NCBI GenBank assembly: GCA_035527275.1
Contig: DATLBA010000076.1
Location: 34-64,033 of the forward strand
Length of the DNA: 64,000 bases
From: Phycisphaerae bacterium
Lineage (GTDB): Bacteria > Planctomycetota > Phycisphaerae > FEN-1346
Direction: 5' to 3'
In this document: piece by piece, positions 19,479-28,646 of the stretch
Layout of the letters: every line of letters begins with the position of its first letter
How positions within the stretch are numbered: the first letter of the stretch is position 1
Made by a program: the position numbers and the translations under genes
Notes under the pieces: generated by a model
Told to the model about the DNA's origin: nothing
Seen by the model: only the letters and a program-made list of their open reading frames with translations
Databases searched by the model: none

Positions 19479-22001
19479 ATGATGGACGCATACAAGCCCA
19501 AGGCGATTGAAGCCAAGTGGCAGGCATGGTGGGACGAGCACGGAACGTTCGAGACCGATCCCGACCTGTCGGGACCGCGCGAGAAGAAGTTCTACTGCCT
19601 CACAATGTTCCCGTACCCGTCCGGCACGCTGCACGTGGGCCACGGCCGCAACTACATCATGGGCGACGTTGTGACGCGCTATAAGATGATGTGCGGTTAC
19701 GAGGTACTCTCCCCCATGGGTTGGGATGCCTTCGGCCTACCCGCCGAGAATGCCGCCATCCAGAACAAGCAACTGCCCGCCACGTGGGTCCGCCAGAACA
19801 TCGACTACATGAAGAAGCAGTTCCGCCGATGGGGCGTCGGCTACGACTGGCGGCGCGAGGTCAACACGAGCGACCCCGACTACTACAAGTGGACCCAGTG
19901 GATTTTCCTCGTCCTGTATGAGCGCGGCCTGGCCTACCGCAAAAAGGCGCCCGTGAACTGGTGCCCATCGTGCCGGACGGGCCTCGCGAACGAGGAAGTC
20001 GTGGACGGCAAGTGCGAGCGGTGCGGCGCCGTGGCCGAGAAGCGCGACCTCGACCAGTGGTTTTTCAAGATTACCGACTACGCCCAGCGGCTGCTCGACG
20101 ACCTCGAGGGACTGGCCGAGTGGCCCGAGACGGTCCGGACGATGCAGGCCAACTGGATCGGCCGAAGCGAAGGCGCCCGGGTCGATTTCACGTTGGAGGA
20201 CCCCGGCGCGCCGGGGCTTCCAATCTTCACGACGCGTCCCGACACGCTCTGGGGCGTGACGTTCATGAGCCTTGCGGCCGAGCATCCGCTGGCCCGAAGG
20301 CTGGTCGCGGGGACCGAGCGCGAGAGGGAAGTCCTTGAGTTCTGCGAGCGGGTCGCGCGCCAGCCTGCCGCCGCCAGAAGCGACGCCGAGGTGGAAAAGG
20401 AAGGCCTGTTCACCGGCGCCTACTGCATCAACCCGGTCAACGGGGAGCGCGTGCCCATTTGGGTGGCCAATTACGCCCTCATGGAATACGGGACGGGGGC
20501 GGTGATGGCCGTGCCGGCCCACGACCAGCGCGACTTTGAGTTCGCCAAGAAATATGGCCTGCTGATCCGCGTCGTCATCCAGCCGGAAGGCGGGAAACTT
20601 TCCGCCGAGACGATGACCGAAGCCTACGTCGAAGCGGGGCGGATGGCCGACTCCGGACCCATGACCGGAACGCCCACGCCGTCCGGCATCCCGGACGTCA
20701 TCCGGCACCTCGAAGAAAACGGGATGGGGGCCGGGGCGGTCAACTATCGCATCCGCGACTGGCTCATCAGCCGCCAACGCTACTGGGGTGCGCCGATTCC
20801 GATCGTCCATTGCCCGGCGTGCGGCACGGTCCCCGTGCCGGTCAAGCAACTGCCGGTCGAACTTCCGCCGGAGACGGCGGTGGAGTTTCCGCCGAGGGGC
20901 GAAAGCCCGCTGGCGAAGGTCAAAGACTGGGTCGAGACGGCGTGCCCGGCGTGCGGCCAAGCGGCCAGGCGCGAGACCGACACGCTGGCCCAGTGGCTCT
21001 GCTCCTGCTGGTATTTCCTCCGCTACACGCTCACGGATGAGGAGCGCCGGCCCAATGATAAGCCCTTCGACCGGGCCAAGGTGAATTACTGGATGCCGGT
21101 GGACCAGTATATCGGCGGCGTCGAGCACGCCGTCCTGCACCTTTTGTACACGCGGTTCATCTCGAAGGTACTCTACGACGCGGGACACGTCGGCTTCAAC
21201 GAACCGTTCCAGGCCCTCTTTACCCAGGGGATGATTTGCAAGCAGTCGCCGCAGACCGGCAAACTCGAAAAGATGTCGAAGTCCAAGGGAAACGTCGTCA
21301 GCCCCGACGCGGTCATCGAGCAGTATGGGGCGGATACGCAGCGTCTCTATACGCTCTTTGTCGGCCCGCCGCAAAAGGACGCCGAGTGGCAGGACGACGC
21401 GGTCGTCGGCGCGCGGCGGTTCCTGGATCGCGTGTGGCGGCTGGTGGAGGGCGCACTGGAGTCCATTACGAACGTTGCCTCTTACGACGGCGATGGGAGC
21501 AACCTTTCGTCGGCGGGCAGGACCCTCTGGCGAAAGACGCATCAGACGGTGCGCAAGGTCACGCGTGACATTGAGGAGTCGTGGCAGTTCAACACAGCGA
21601 TTGCCGCCGCGATGGAACTCGCGAACACGTTCTCACAGGCGGCGCTCACCGAGGCGCCTGCCGTCGCACGCCTGGCTCTTGAGTCGATGGTCCGCCTCCT
21701 GCACCCCTTCGTGCCGCACATCACCGAGGAACTCTGGCAGGCGCTGGGGCACGAGCCGAGTGTCCTGGCGGCCGGGTGGCCGGAGTATGATGAGGCGGCG
21801 TGCGCGGAAGAGGAACTCGAGATCCCGATTCAGATAAACGGCAAGGTCCGCGCCCGCATCACGGTTCCGGCGGACGCCTCGGAGGAAGCGGTGCGCGAGG
21901 CGGCGCTCGCCAGCGAGCGGGTCAAGAAAGTTCTCGGCTCAGCCGAGGTGCACAAGGTCATTGTGGTGCCGGGGCGGCTGGTCAACATTGTCGCGAAATG
22001 A
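19479..22001 (+). CDS. leuS: leucine--tRNA ligase
   Basis: HVGHGRNY (HIGH) and KMSKS motifs. LeuRS-typical N-terminus YKPKAIEAKWQAWW and CP1 editing domain. Full length, 840 aa. Confidence 0.95.
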   Translation: MMDAYKPKAIEAKWQAWWDEHGTFETDPDLSGPREKKFYCLTMFPYPSGTLHVGHGRNYIMGDVVTRYKMMCGYEVLSPMGWDAFGLPAENAAIQNKQLPATWVRQNIDYMKKQFRRWGVGYDWRREVNTSDPDYYKWTQWIFLVLYERGLAYRKKAPVNWCPSCRTGLANEEVVDGKCERCGAVAEKRDLDQWFFKITDYAQRLLDDLEGLAEWPETVRTMQANWIGRSEGARVDFTLEDPGAPGLPIFTTRPDTLWGVTFMSLAAEHPLARRLVAGTEREREVLEFCERVARQPAAARSDAEVEKEGLFTGAYCINPVNGERVPIWVANYALMEYGTGAVMAVPAHDQRDFEFAKKYGLLIRVVIQPEGGKLSAETMTEAYVEAGRMADSGPMTGTPTPSGIPDVIRHLEENGMGAGAVNYRIRDWLISRQRYWGAPIPIVHCPACGTVPVPVKQLPVELPPETAVEFPPRGESPLAKVKDWVETACPACGQAARRETDTLAQWLCSCWYFLRYTLTDEERRPNDKPFDRAKVNYWMPVDQYIGGVEHAVLHLLYTRFISKVLYDAGHVGFNEPFQALFTQGMICKQSPQTGKLEKMSKSKGNVVSPDAVIEQYGADTQRLYTLFVGPPQKDAEWQDDAVVGARRFLDRVWRLVEGALESITNVASYDGDGSNLSSAGRTLWRKTHQTVRKVTRDIEESWQFNTAIAAAMELANTFSQAALTEAPAVARLALESMVRLLHPFVPHITEELWQALGHEPSVLAAGWPEYDEAACAEEELEIPIQINGKVRARITVPADASEEAVREAALASERVKKVLGSAEVHKVIVVPGRLVNIVAK

Positions 22002-22125
22002 ACGGCAGGCCGCTTGCTTGCGCGCGCGGCTAGCAAAGGCAAAGGCCCCTTTGCGCCACGTGCTGCTGGCGAGTGCATACCGGCTAGCCGCGAGTGCAAA
22101 ACTCGCCGCGAACGCTAGCGAGCGG

Positions 22126-23670
22126 TCACTCCTTCCACTCGAACGGCCGCGGGGCGATCAGATACAGCCGCCGGATCGCCACGTTGCACAATAGGCCCAG
22201 CGCCAGGAAGGAACTCACGAGACTCGATCCGCCGTAACTCATCAGCGGCAGCGGAATCCCCGTAATCGGCATCAGGCCGAGGCTCACTGCCAGGTTCAGG
22301 AAACTCTGGGCCGCAATCAGCGCCACGACGCCGACCACAAAGAGTTTCCCGTATGGTTCGGTCGTCGAGAAACCGACGTCGAGGCCCAGCAGACACACGA
22401 GCATATAGAGGATCACCACAGCGGCGGCCCCGACGTATCCGAACTGCTCGGCGATAGTCGAAAACAGAAAGTCGGTGTGCGCCTCGGGCAGGAGGCGGTA
22501 GCGGGTCTGGGTGCCTTCGAGCCATCCGCGGCCGCCGAAGCCGCCGCTTCCGACGGCGATTTTGGACTGGAAGAGTTGGTGGCCCGCCTCGTTCAATAGC
22601 CACCCGAAAAAGCGGCGCAGGGCGCCGAATCGCTGCGGGCCGTCGCTGCGCTCGAGCGCCTCAAAGAGGCGGCGCCGGGTTGCGGCGAACTCGGGCTTGT
22701 CTTTGCCCCACGAGATCCACGAAGCCAGACGCCAGAGCCGGAACCGCCACATGCTCGTCACCTCGTCCGCCAGGCGCGTCTTCTCGTCGCTGGAGAGTCG
22801 CGGGCCCCCGGCCTCGAGGGCGACCGAGTCCGCCTCGTCCTCCTCCGATTCGGCGCGGGCCAGGGCGAAGTGGACCCGTTCGGCGCATCCGTGCAGGAGC
22901 CACGAATCAATCCGGAGCCGCTGGTAACCTCTCATCGAGGAATAGAAGATCGGCACCATCACCAGGCCCATCGCGATGATCGCGGCGAGGTGTTTCGCCC
23001 GCGCTCCCGCGGCGAACAGCATCAGGAACAGGATCGGCAGAAAGAGCATCGCCGTCCCCAGGTCGGGCTGGTACAGAACGAGCGCGGTCGGCGCAAGCGC
23101 CATCGCAAACGGAACGAGCAAACCTCGAAACGTCCGGTAGTTCTTCCGATAGCGCAGGTAGAAGGCGAGCGACATGATGAAACCGATCTTCGCAACTTCC
23201 GACGGCTGGATCTTAAAGCCCAAGCCGGGAATGCGAATCCAACTATAGGCATTGTTGGTCGGGTAAATGATGGGCCGGATCTCCAGGTCCAGGCAGCGCA
23301 TTACGGCCAGAAGCAAAAGGGCCGCAAGGCTCACACCGTAAAGGGCGTAACTGAAGTGGGCCAGACGCGTGTAACTCGGAATGAGGGCCACGACGAAAAC
23401 CACCATCGCCGCCGCGACAAATACCAGTTGCCTGGCGGCGGGCGTCTCCCAGAAAGGCCAGGGGTCGCCGGGGATTTCGTGCGTGACCGGGTCACGCTCA
23501 AAGGCCGTAGCCGCGTAAATTCCCGCAATGCCCAGGCCCACCAGGACCAAAGCGGCCGCCATCAGCAACCAGGGAAATCGGTACCAGTAGTCACTCTTGA
23601 GCACGATGCCTCGCCTCTCCGAATGGCGAGCCGCTTGAGGACGGCCGCGCGACCAGTATAATAGGTTCAT
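22126..23670 (-). CDS. SEDS-family peptidoglycan glycosyltransferase (FtsW/RodA/SpoVE) with a large internal insertion
   Basis: Conserved C-terminal GIPLPLMSYGGSSL motif and multi-TM topology. A ~100-aa hydrophilic insertion (about nt 22578-22890) lies between TM blocks. Confidence 0.8.
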   Translation of the reverse strand: MNLLYWSRGRPQAARHSERRGIVLKSDYWYRFPWLLMAAALVLVGLGIAGIYAATAFERDPVTHEIPGDPWPFWETPAARQLVFVAAAMVVFVVALIPSYTRLAHFSYALYGVSLAALLLLAVMRCLDLEIRPIIYPTNNAYSWIRIPGLGFKIQPSEVAKIGFIMSLAFYLRYRKNYRTFRGLLVPFAMALAPTALVLYQPDLGTAMLFLPILFLMLFAAGARAKHLAAIIAMGLVMVPIFYSSMRGYQRLRIDSWLLHGCAERVHFALARAESEEDEADSVALEAGGPRLSSDEKTRLADEVTSMWRFRLWRLASWISWGKDKPEFAATRRRLFEALERSDGPQRFGALRRFFGWLLNEAGHQLFQSKIAVGSGGFGGRGWLEGTQTRYRLLPEAHTDFLFSTIAEQFGYVGAAAVVILYMLVCLLGLDVGFSTTEPYGKLFVVGVVALIAAQSFLNLAVSLGLMPITGIPLPLMSYGGSSLVSSFLALGLLCNVAIRRLYLIAPRPFEWKE

Positions 23671-23704
23671 CGGTTCTCGGCTAGGAATCTACCTGGAGTG
23701 GCCC

Positions 23705-24529
23705 ATGTCGCGACGGTTAAGGATGATTGTTGCGTTGGCGGCTGCGTCGGCCCTGGCGGCGGGCGCTGCATCCTGCAGTAGGTTGAACGAGGCCAACGCG
23801 CGCCTGGGGGCCATCACGAGCGACCGGGCTCGCGGCCTCGTGCGAGATTGCCTTTGGCGGCACGGATCGCACTACAGGTGGCTCGAACGCAAAAATGTTC
23901 GCTGCGAGGTCGAGCGGACCGAGCATCTCCCCGAGGGCGACCGGACGACGCGGGAGGTCTGGCTCCTCGATACCGCAAGCGATTGCGTCCGGATTGAGAA
24001 GCCCGCCCGGCGCGAGGTGGTGGTCGTCGGCGCCTCGGGGTGGCGCGTCTTCGCAGGCGGCAAGGAGACGAAAGACCTCGAAGCGCGGGCCGAGGCGGAA
24101 GGTGACGTTCGCCTGGTCCGGGAACTTTTACCCATGCCGTTTAGCCTGCTCAGGCGGGGTCTCCGAATCGACGGCTTCGGCTCGGTAACCGGTCCCGCCG
24201 AGGCCCGGACGTGGGACAGGCTGCTCGTGCGGTATGGGCAGGGGTCGGCAGCATCGGCGAGCGACCGGATGGTGGTTGAAATTCGGCGCGGCACGGGCCG
24301 GGTGGAGGCGGTGGTTATCCGGTGGTCTGAGCCGCCATTCTTCGGCCGGCGGTTCCGCGTCGAGATGGATGATTGGCGGCCCGAGGGCGATTGGCTCCTC
24401 GCCCATCGATGGCGCCTCTTCCCGGTGGATGAGGCCGGGGAGCGCACGGGCCCCGTCCGCTGGACGGTGCGCATCCGACGCGTCGAGGTGGACGTGCCCG
24501 TGAAGTGGAACACGTTTGCGCAGCCCTAG
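23705..24529 (+). CDS. hypothetical lipoprotein
   Basis: Signal peptide with AGAASCS lipobox. No recognised domain. Only 34 nt from the divergent SEDS start. Confidence 0.55.
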   Translation: MSRRLRMIVALAAASALAAGAASCSRLNEANARLGAITSDRARGLVRDCLWRHGSHYRWLERKNVRCEVERTEHLPEGDRTTREVWLLDTASDCVRIEKPARREVVVVGASGWRVFAGGKETKDLEARAEAEGDVRLVRELLPMPFSLLRRGLRIDGFGSVTGPAEARTWDRLLVRYGQGSAASASDRMVVEIRRGTGRVEAVVIRWSEPPFFGRRFRVEMDDWRPEGDWLLAHRWRLFPVDEAGERTGPVRWTVRIRRVEVDVPVKWNTFAQP

Positions 24530-24630
24530 AGCCGGCGTGGCGGTTTGCGTTTCGAGCCGCCCGTACAGGCCTGGCCGAAAAAGCCCACGGCCGGGGCGGG
24601 CTTCTTTTCCCGCGTCGAGTTTCGGGGGAG

Positions 24631-26388
24631 ATGAGGTGTCTGATGGACCGTTGGATGGATCCTGAAGATTACTTGGAGGAAGCGGATCGCCTCTTCGAGG
24701 AGGCGGCCTATGAGGAGGCGCTGCACGCCTGCCGGGGGGCCCTCGAACTGGATCCGGAACATGCCGAGGCCCAGGCCCTCGCCGGCCGCTGTCTCGCTTA
24801 CCTCTCTCGCGTGGATGAAGCGGAAAAGGAACTCCTGCGAGCCATCGACAGCGACCGCCAGTGCGTGGAAGCCTGGTTCGGGCTGGCGTTCGTCTCGTGG
24901 TTGCGGGCCGACGACCGCGAAGCGCTCGGGTACCTGAACCGCGCGCGGGACTTGACGCCGGACGACGAGGCGGTCCTCGCCCAACTGATCGGCGTCTACG
25001 GGAACCTGGGACAATTTGACGAGGCCGAACACATTTACCAGGAGGCAACCGACCTTCACCCCGTGTCCCCGGAGATCGCGTATCAGTGGGGCCTGGTGCT
25101 CGCGAAACAAAGCCGCTTGGACGAGGCGATTGCCGTCTGGCGGCGCGCGGCCGAGTGGGACGAGGAGTTTCCCGACCTCCATCTCGTGATGGCCCGCGCC
25201 TACGGCCGCAAGGGCGACCTGGACCGCGCCCACGAGGAGTTGAAGCGAGAACTCGAGTTGTATCCCGACAGCCGTGAGGCGCGCTTGGCGCTCGGAGGCT
25301 ACCATGCGCAGAAGGGAAACCTCAAACGCGCCGTCGAGGTCTACGAGGAACTCCTCCATGAAGCGGCAGACGATTCGCGCATTCATCTGGAACTGGGGGC
25401 GGCATACCGGCTGCTGGAGCAGCCGAACAAGGCGAGGCGGCACCTGTTACGGGCGCTCGAACTCCAGCCGGGCGACCCCCTCATCCTTTCACAACTGACG
25501 GGGCTTCCCCATTCGAAAACCGACATGAGCCGCGCCCGGCGTGTCCTTCGCCGCGCCCTACGCGAGGAGCCGCATCGCGACGAACTCTACCGGAATCTCT
25601 CGGCTCTATTTGCGGGCGAAGGCCGTTTCGACGCCGCCGAGGAAGAACTCCGCCGCGCAATGGCCTTCTCCGGCCGCGCCCACGAACTCGAGAATGACCT
25701 CGGTGTCCTGTTGGCCATGCAGGGGCGGTACGAGGAGGCGCGCGGCGCCTTCGATCGCGGCCTGGCGCGCCGACGCCTGTCAGAGGCGCTCCTCCCACAG
25801 GGACCCGACGACCTGCCGCTCCAAATCAACCGGGCGCTAATCGAAGCCGACCTCGGCCAGCCCGAGGCAGCCTTGGAGCGCCTGCGCCGGCTCGCCGAAA
25901 CGAACCCGACGAACCTCGACGTGGTGGGCAATCTTGCCTCGATCCTTCTCGAGGTGCGCCGGCCCGAGGAGGCGATGGAGGTGGCGCGGCGGCTGGCGGA
26001 CGAGGCCCCCTTCGACGCGCGGGGGCACTATCTGACCGGCCGAGCCCTGTATGACCTTGAGAAATACGAGGACGCCCTCGAGGCGCTGGACCGGGCGGCC
26101 CGCGCGGACCCAACCCAGGTGGACACGCTAATTGCCGTCGGCATGTGCCACGCGTCCCTCGGTCGGCTGGGGGAGTGTCTGTGCGCGTTCGAGCGGGCCC
26201 GGAGCCTCGCGCCGAACGACCCGGATGTCCTGTTCAATCTGGGCCTGGCGTATGAGGACGCCGTGGCCGCCGGTGCCGAGGCCGAGGGCGGCGTGGCCGA
26301 GGCCATCGCCCTGTACCGCCGCGTCCTGGAACTCGCCCCGTCCTACCAAGCCGCCAAGGACCGCCTCGAGGCCCTCGAAGGCAAGTGA
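24631..26388 (+). CDS. TPR repeat protein
   Basis: TPR repeats throughout. Start ambiguous between ATG 24631 and ATG 24643 (GGGGGAG upstream). The ORF start at 24505 would overlap the upstream gene. Confidence 0.75.
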   Translation: MRCLMDRWMDPEDYLEEADRLFEEAAYEEALHACRGALELDPEHAEAQALAGRCLAYLSRVDEAEKELLRAIDSDRQCVEAWFGLAFVSWLRADDREALGYLNRARDLTPDDEAVLAQLIGVYGNLGQFDEAEHIYQEATDLHPVSPEIAYQWGLVLAKQSRLDEAIAVWRRAAEWDEEFPDLHLVMARAYGRKGDLDRAHEELKRELELYPDSREARLALGGYHAQKGNLKRAVEVYEELLHEAADDSRIHLELGAAYRLLEQPNKARRHLLRALELQPGDPLILSQLTGLPHSKTDMSRARRVLRRALREEPHRDELYRNLSALFAGEGRFDAAEEELRRAMAFSGRAHELENDLGVLLAMQGRYEEARGAFDRGLARRRLSEALLPQGPDDLPLQINRALIEADLGQPEAALERLRRLAETNPTNLDVVGNLASILLEVRRPEEAMEVARRLADEAPFDARGHYLTGRALYDLEKYEDALEALDRAARADPTQVDTLIAVGMCHASLGRLGECLCAFERARSLAPNDPDVLFNLGLAYEDAVAAGAEAEGGVAEAIALYRRVLELAPSYQAAKDRLEALEGK

Positions 26389-26477
26389 TTGGCCGCCAGA
26401 CCGATGGGATGATGCGCGCGGGGCGGCGCGCGTGCCCGGGCCCCGTTCGTAGATGACGGAGACGGTCAGGCCGGAAG

Positions 26478-26996
26478 TTAATCGGGCAGGGCCTCAAAAA
26501 CGTCGCGGAACGCTTGGTGTGCCACATTGTCGTAAAGGACGAATCGGATTTCTTCGAGGCTCGTGTCGCCTTCGAGATGCCGGGCCACCTCTTCAAGCAT
26601 CACTTCGGCACATCGGCGCATCGGAAAGCCCGCGATGCCGGTCCCGACGGCGGGGAAGGCGATGGTCCGGACGCCCAACTCCCTGGCGCGCAGGAGACTT
26701 GCGCGCGTCGAGGCGCGGAGGTTCGGTTCGCTGGTCCGTTCACCCAGGCGCATGCTGGCCGCGTGGATGACGTACCGCGCTTTGAGGTTGCCGCCGCCGG
26801 TGACGGCGGCTTCGCCGAGCGGGATGGGGCCGACCCGGTTGCACTCCTCCTGGACGGCGGGGCCGCCCTTTCGGCGGATCGCGCCCGCCACGCCGCCGCC
26901 CAATTGAAGGTCGTCGTTCGCGGCGTTGACGATAGCATCCGCATCCTGTTCCGTCAGGTCGCCTTGAAGAATCTTGATCTTGTCTTTCGCGCTCAT
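26478..26996 (-). CDS. macro-domain protein (ADP-ribose / O-acetyl-ADP-ribose processing, YmdB-like)
   Basis: IVNAANDDLQLGGGVAGAI and GVRTIAFPAVGTGIAGFP macro-domain signatures. 172 aa. Confidence 0.85.
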   Translation of the reverse strand: MSAKDKIKILQGDLTEQDADAIVNAANDDLQLGGGVAGAIRRKGGPAVQEECNRVGPIPLGEAAVTGGGNLKARYVIHAASMRLGERTSEPNLRASTRASLLRARELGVRTIAFPAVGTGIAGFPMRRCAEVMLEEVARHLEGDTSLEEIRFVLYDNVAHQAFRDVFEALPD

Positions 26997-27178
26997 GGTT
27001 TGCCCCCCATGTAACTATTCTTGCGCGGCAGGTCGTGCCCCCTGCTCTCGCGGGCGGCTCGAAGGTGCGCGACTGCATTGTAGCGGACGGCGCGGCCCAG
27101 TCAAGGGTGCGCTCGGAGTATTGCCTGCCGCGCGGACGCCGGTTATGATGCGAAGCGGCAGCGGGAAAGGAACCTACG

Positions 27179-28525
27179 ATGAAGCGGACGCTGGTCATCA
27201 ACGTCGCGGGCCTGAGCGCTCGTCTCGTATCCGAGATGCCGGCGCTTGCGCGCCCCATCTGGCGCGGGCCGTGCCTGCCGCTGGAACCGGTTCTGCCCGC
27301 GACGACCTGCCCCATGCAGGCGACGCTGACAACAGGCGAGCCGCCCGCGCGGCACGGCATCGTCGCCAACGGCCTTTACTTTCACGACACGGCCGAGGTG
27401 CGGTTCTGGGAGCAGTCGGCGCGACTGGTCGGCGCGCCGCGCGTGTGGAGCCTGGGGCGCGGGAAGCAGCCCAAGGTCGCGATGCTTTTCTGGCAACAGA
27501 GCCTGTACGATCCTACGGTCGATGTGCTGCTCACACCGAAGCCGGTCCATGGGCCGGGCGGGGAGTTAATCCAAGATTGTTACTCGCGGCCGGCGGACCT
27601 GTACGACCGGCTCGTGGAGGGGGAATCGGCGCTCGAGCCCGGCAAGCCGCGCGGGGCCTTTAATTTGATGCACTACTGGGGTCCGATGGCGGGCATCGGG
27701 TCGAGCCGGTGGATTGCCGATGCGGCCATTGCGGTCTGGCGCGACGAGGAGCCGGACCTGGCGCTCGTTTACTTGCCGCATCTGGATTACAGCGGTCACC
27801 GGAGCGGTCCCTGCTCTGAGGCGCATCGCGCCGCGGCGCGTGAACTCGATTCCTGTCTGGCGGCGCTTCTTGAAGCCGCCGATGAGGTCGGCGCCCGGAC
27901 GATCGTCCTCAGCGAGTATTCCTTTGTCCCTGTCCGCCGCGCGGTCGCGCCGAACCGCGCGCTTCGCGAGGCGGGGTACCTGGCGGTGCGCGAGGTGGCG
28001 GGAGGAGAGTACCTGCACCCGGGCGATTTGCGAGCCTTCGCGATGGTGGATAATCAAGTGGCGCACGTCTATTTTCCCGCCACCGAGAACCTGAAGCGCG
28101 ATGTGCAGGCCGTCGGGAAATTGCTTGCGGGGCTCGACGGCGTCGCCGAGGTGCTGGACCGCGCAGCGATGGCCGAGCGCGGTCTGGACCACGTGCGAAG
28201 CGGCGAACTGGTCGCGCTGGCAGAGCCCGATGCGCACTTCGTGTATTACTGGTGGCTGGATGACGCCAAGGCGCCGCCTTTCGCCCGGACCGTGGACATT
28301 CACTCAAAGCCCGGCTTCGATCCGGCGGAACTGCTAATTGACGCCGACAGGAAAGGTATTCCGCTTTCGGCTGACGGGATCCGCGGGTCGCACGGTCTGG
28401 TGGGCGAAGGCGACGCCGGCTGGGGTGTGTTCCTCGCATCCGATGCGCCGAAGTCCCTCGCCGGGCGTGCCTCACTCCGGGCAACCGAGGTCGCTCATCT
28501 ATTGCTTCCCGACGCCGTGCGGTAG
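27179..28525 (+). CDS. alkaline-phosphatase-superfamily protein (type I phosphodiesterase / nucleotide pyrophosphatase family)
   Basis: N-terminal LVINVAGLS and downstream LPHLDYSGH metal-ligand motifs of the AP / NPP superfamily. GGAAAGGAACC RBS. Confidence 0.7.
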   Translation: MKRTLVINVAGLSARLVSEMPALARPIWRGPCLPLEPVLPATTCPMQATLTTGEPPARHGIVANGLYFHDTAEVRFWEQSARLVGAPRVWSLGRGKQPKVAMLFWQQSLYDPTVDVLLTPKPVHGPGGELIQDCYSRPADLYDRLVEGESALEPGKPRGAFNLMHYWGPMAGIGSSRWIADAAIAVWRDEEPDLALVYLPHLDYSGHRSGPCSEAHRAAARELDSCLAALLEAADEVGARTIVLSEYSFVPVRRAVAPNRALREAGYLAVREVAGGEYLHPGDLRAFAMVDNQVAHVYFPATENLKRDVQAVGKLLAGLDGVAEVLDRAAMAERGLDHVRSGELVALAEPDAHFVYYWWLDDAKAPPFARTVDIHSKPGFDPAELLIDADRKGIPLSADGIRGSHGLVGEGDAGWGVFLASDAPKSLAGRASLRATEVAHLLLPDAVR

Positions 28526-28646
28526 GCGTTGTCGGCGGCGGAGGCGACCGCTTGGCTTGCGGCTCCAACGCCCTTTCGGGCTTCCGCTGCGGGAGCCGGG
28601 GCGGTATGATTGCCCGACCGAATCGGCTTCGCAGGGCCGCGAACCC

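Noticed and set aside
22002-22125. GCGAG-tgcaaaa-CTCGC hairpin and GCTAGC repeats between convergent leuS and the SEDS gene.
   Set aside because: Stem only 5 bp and no U-tract; too weak to call a terminator.
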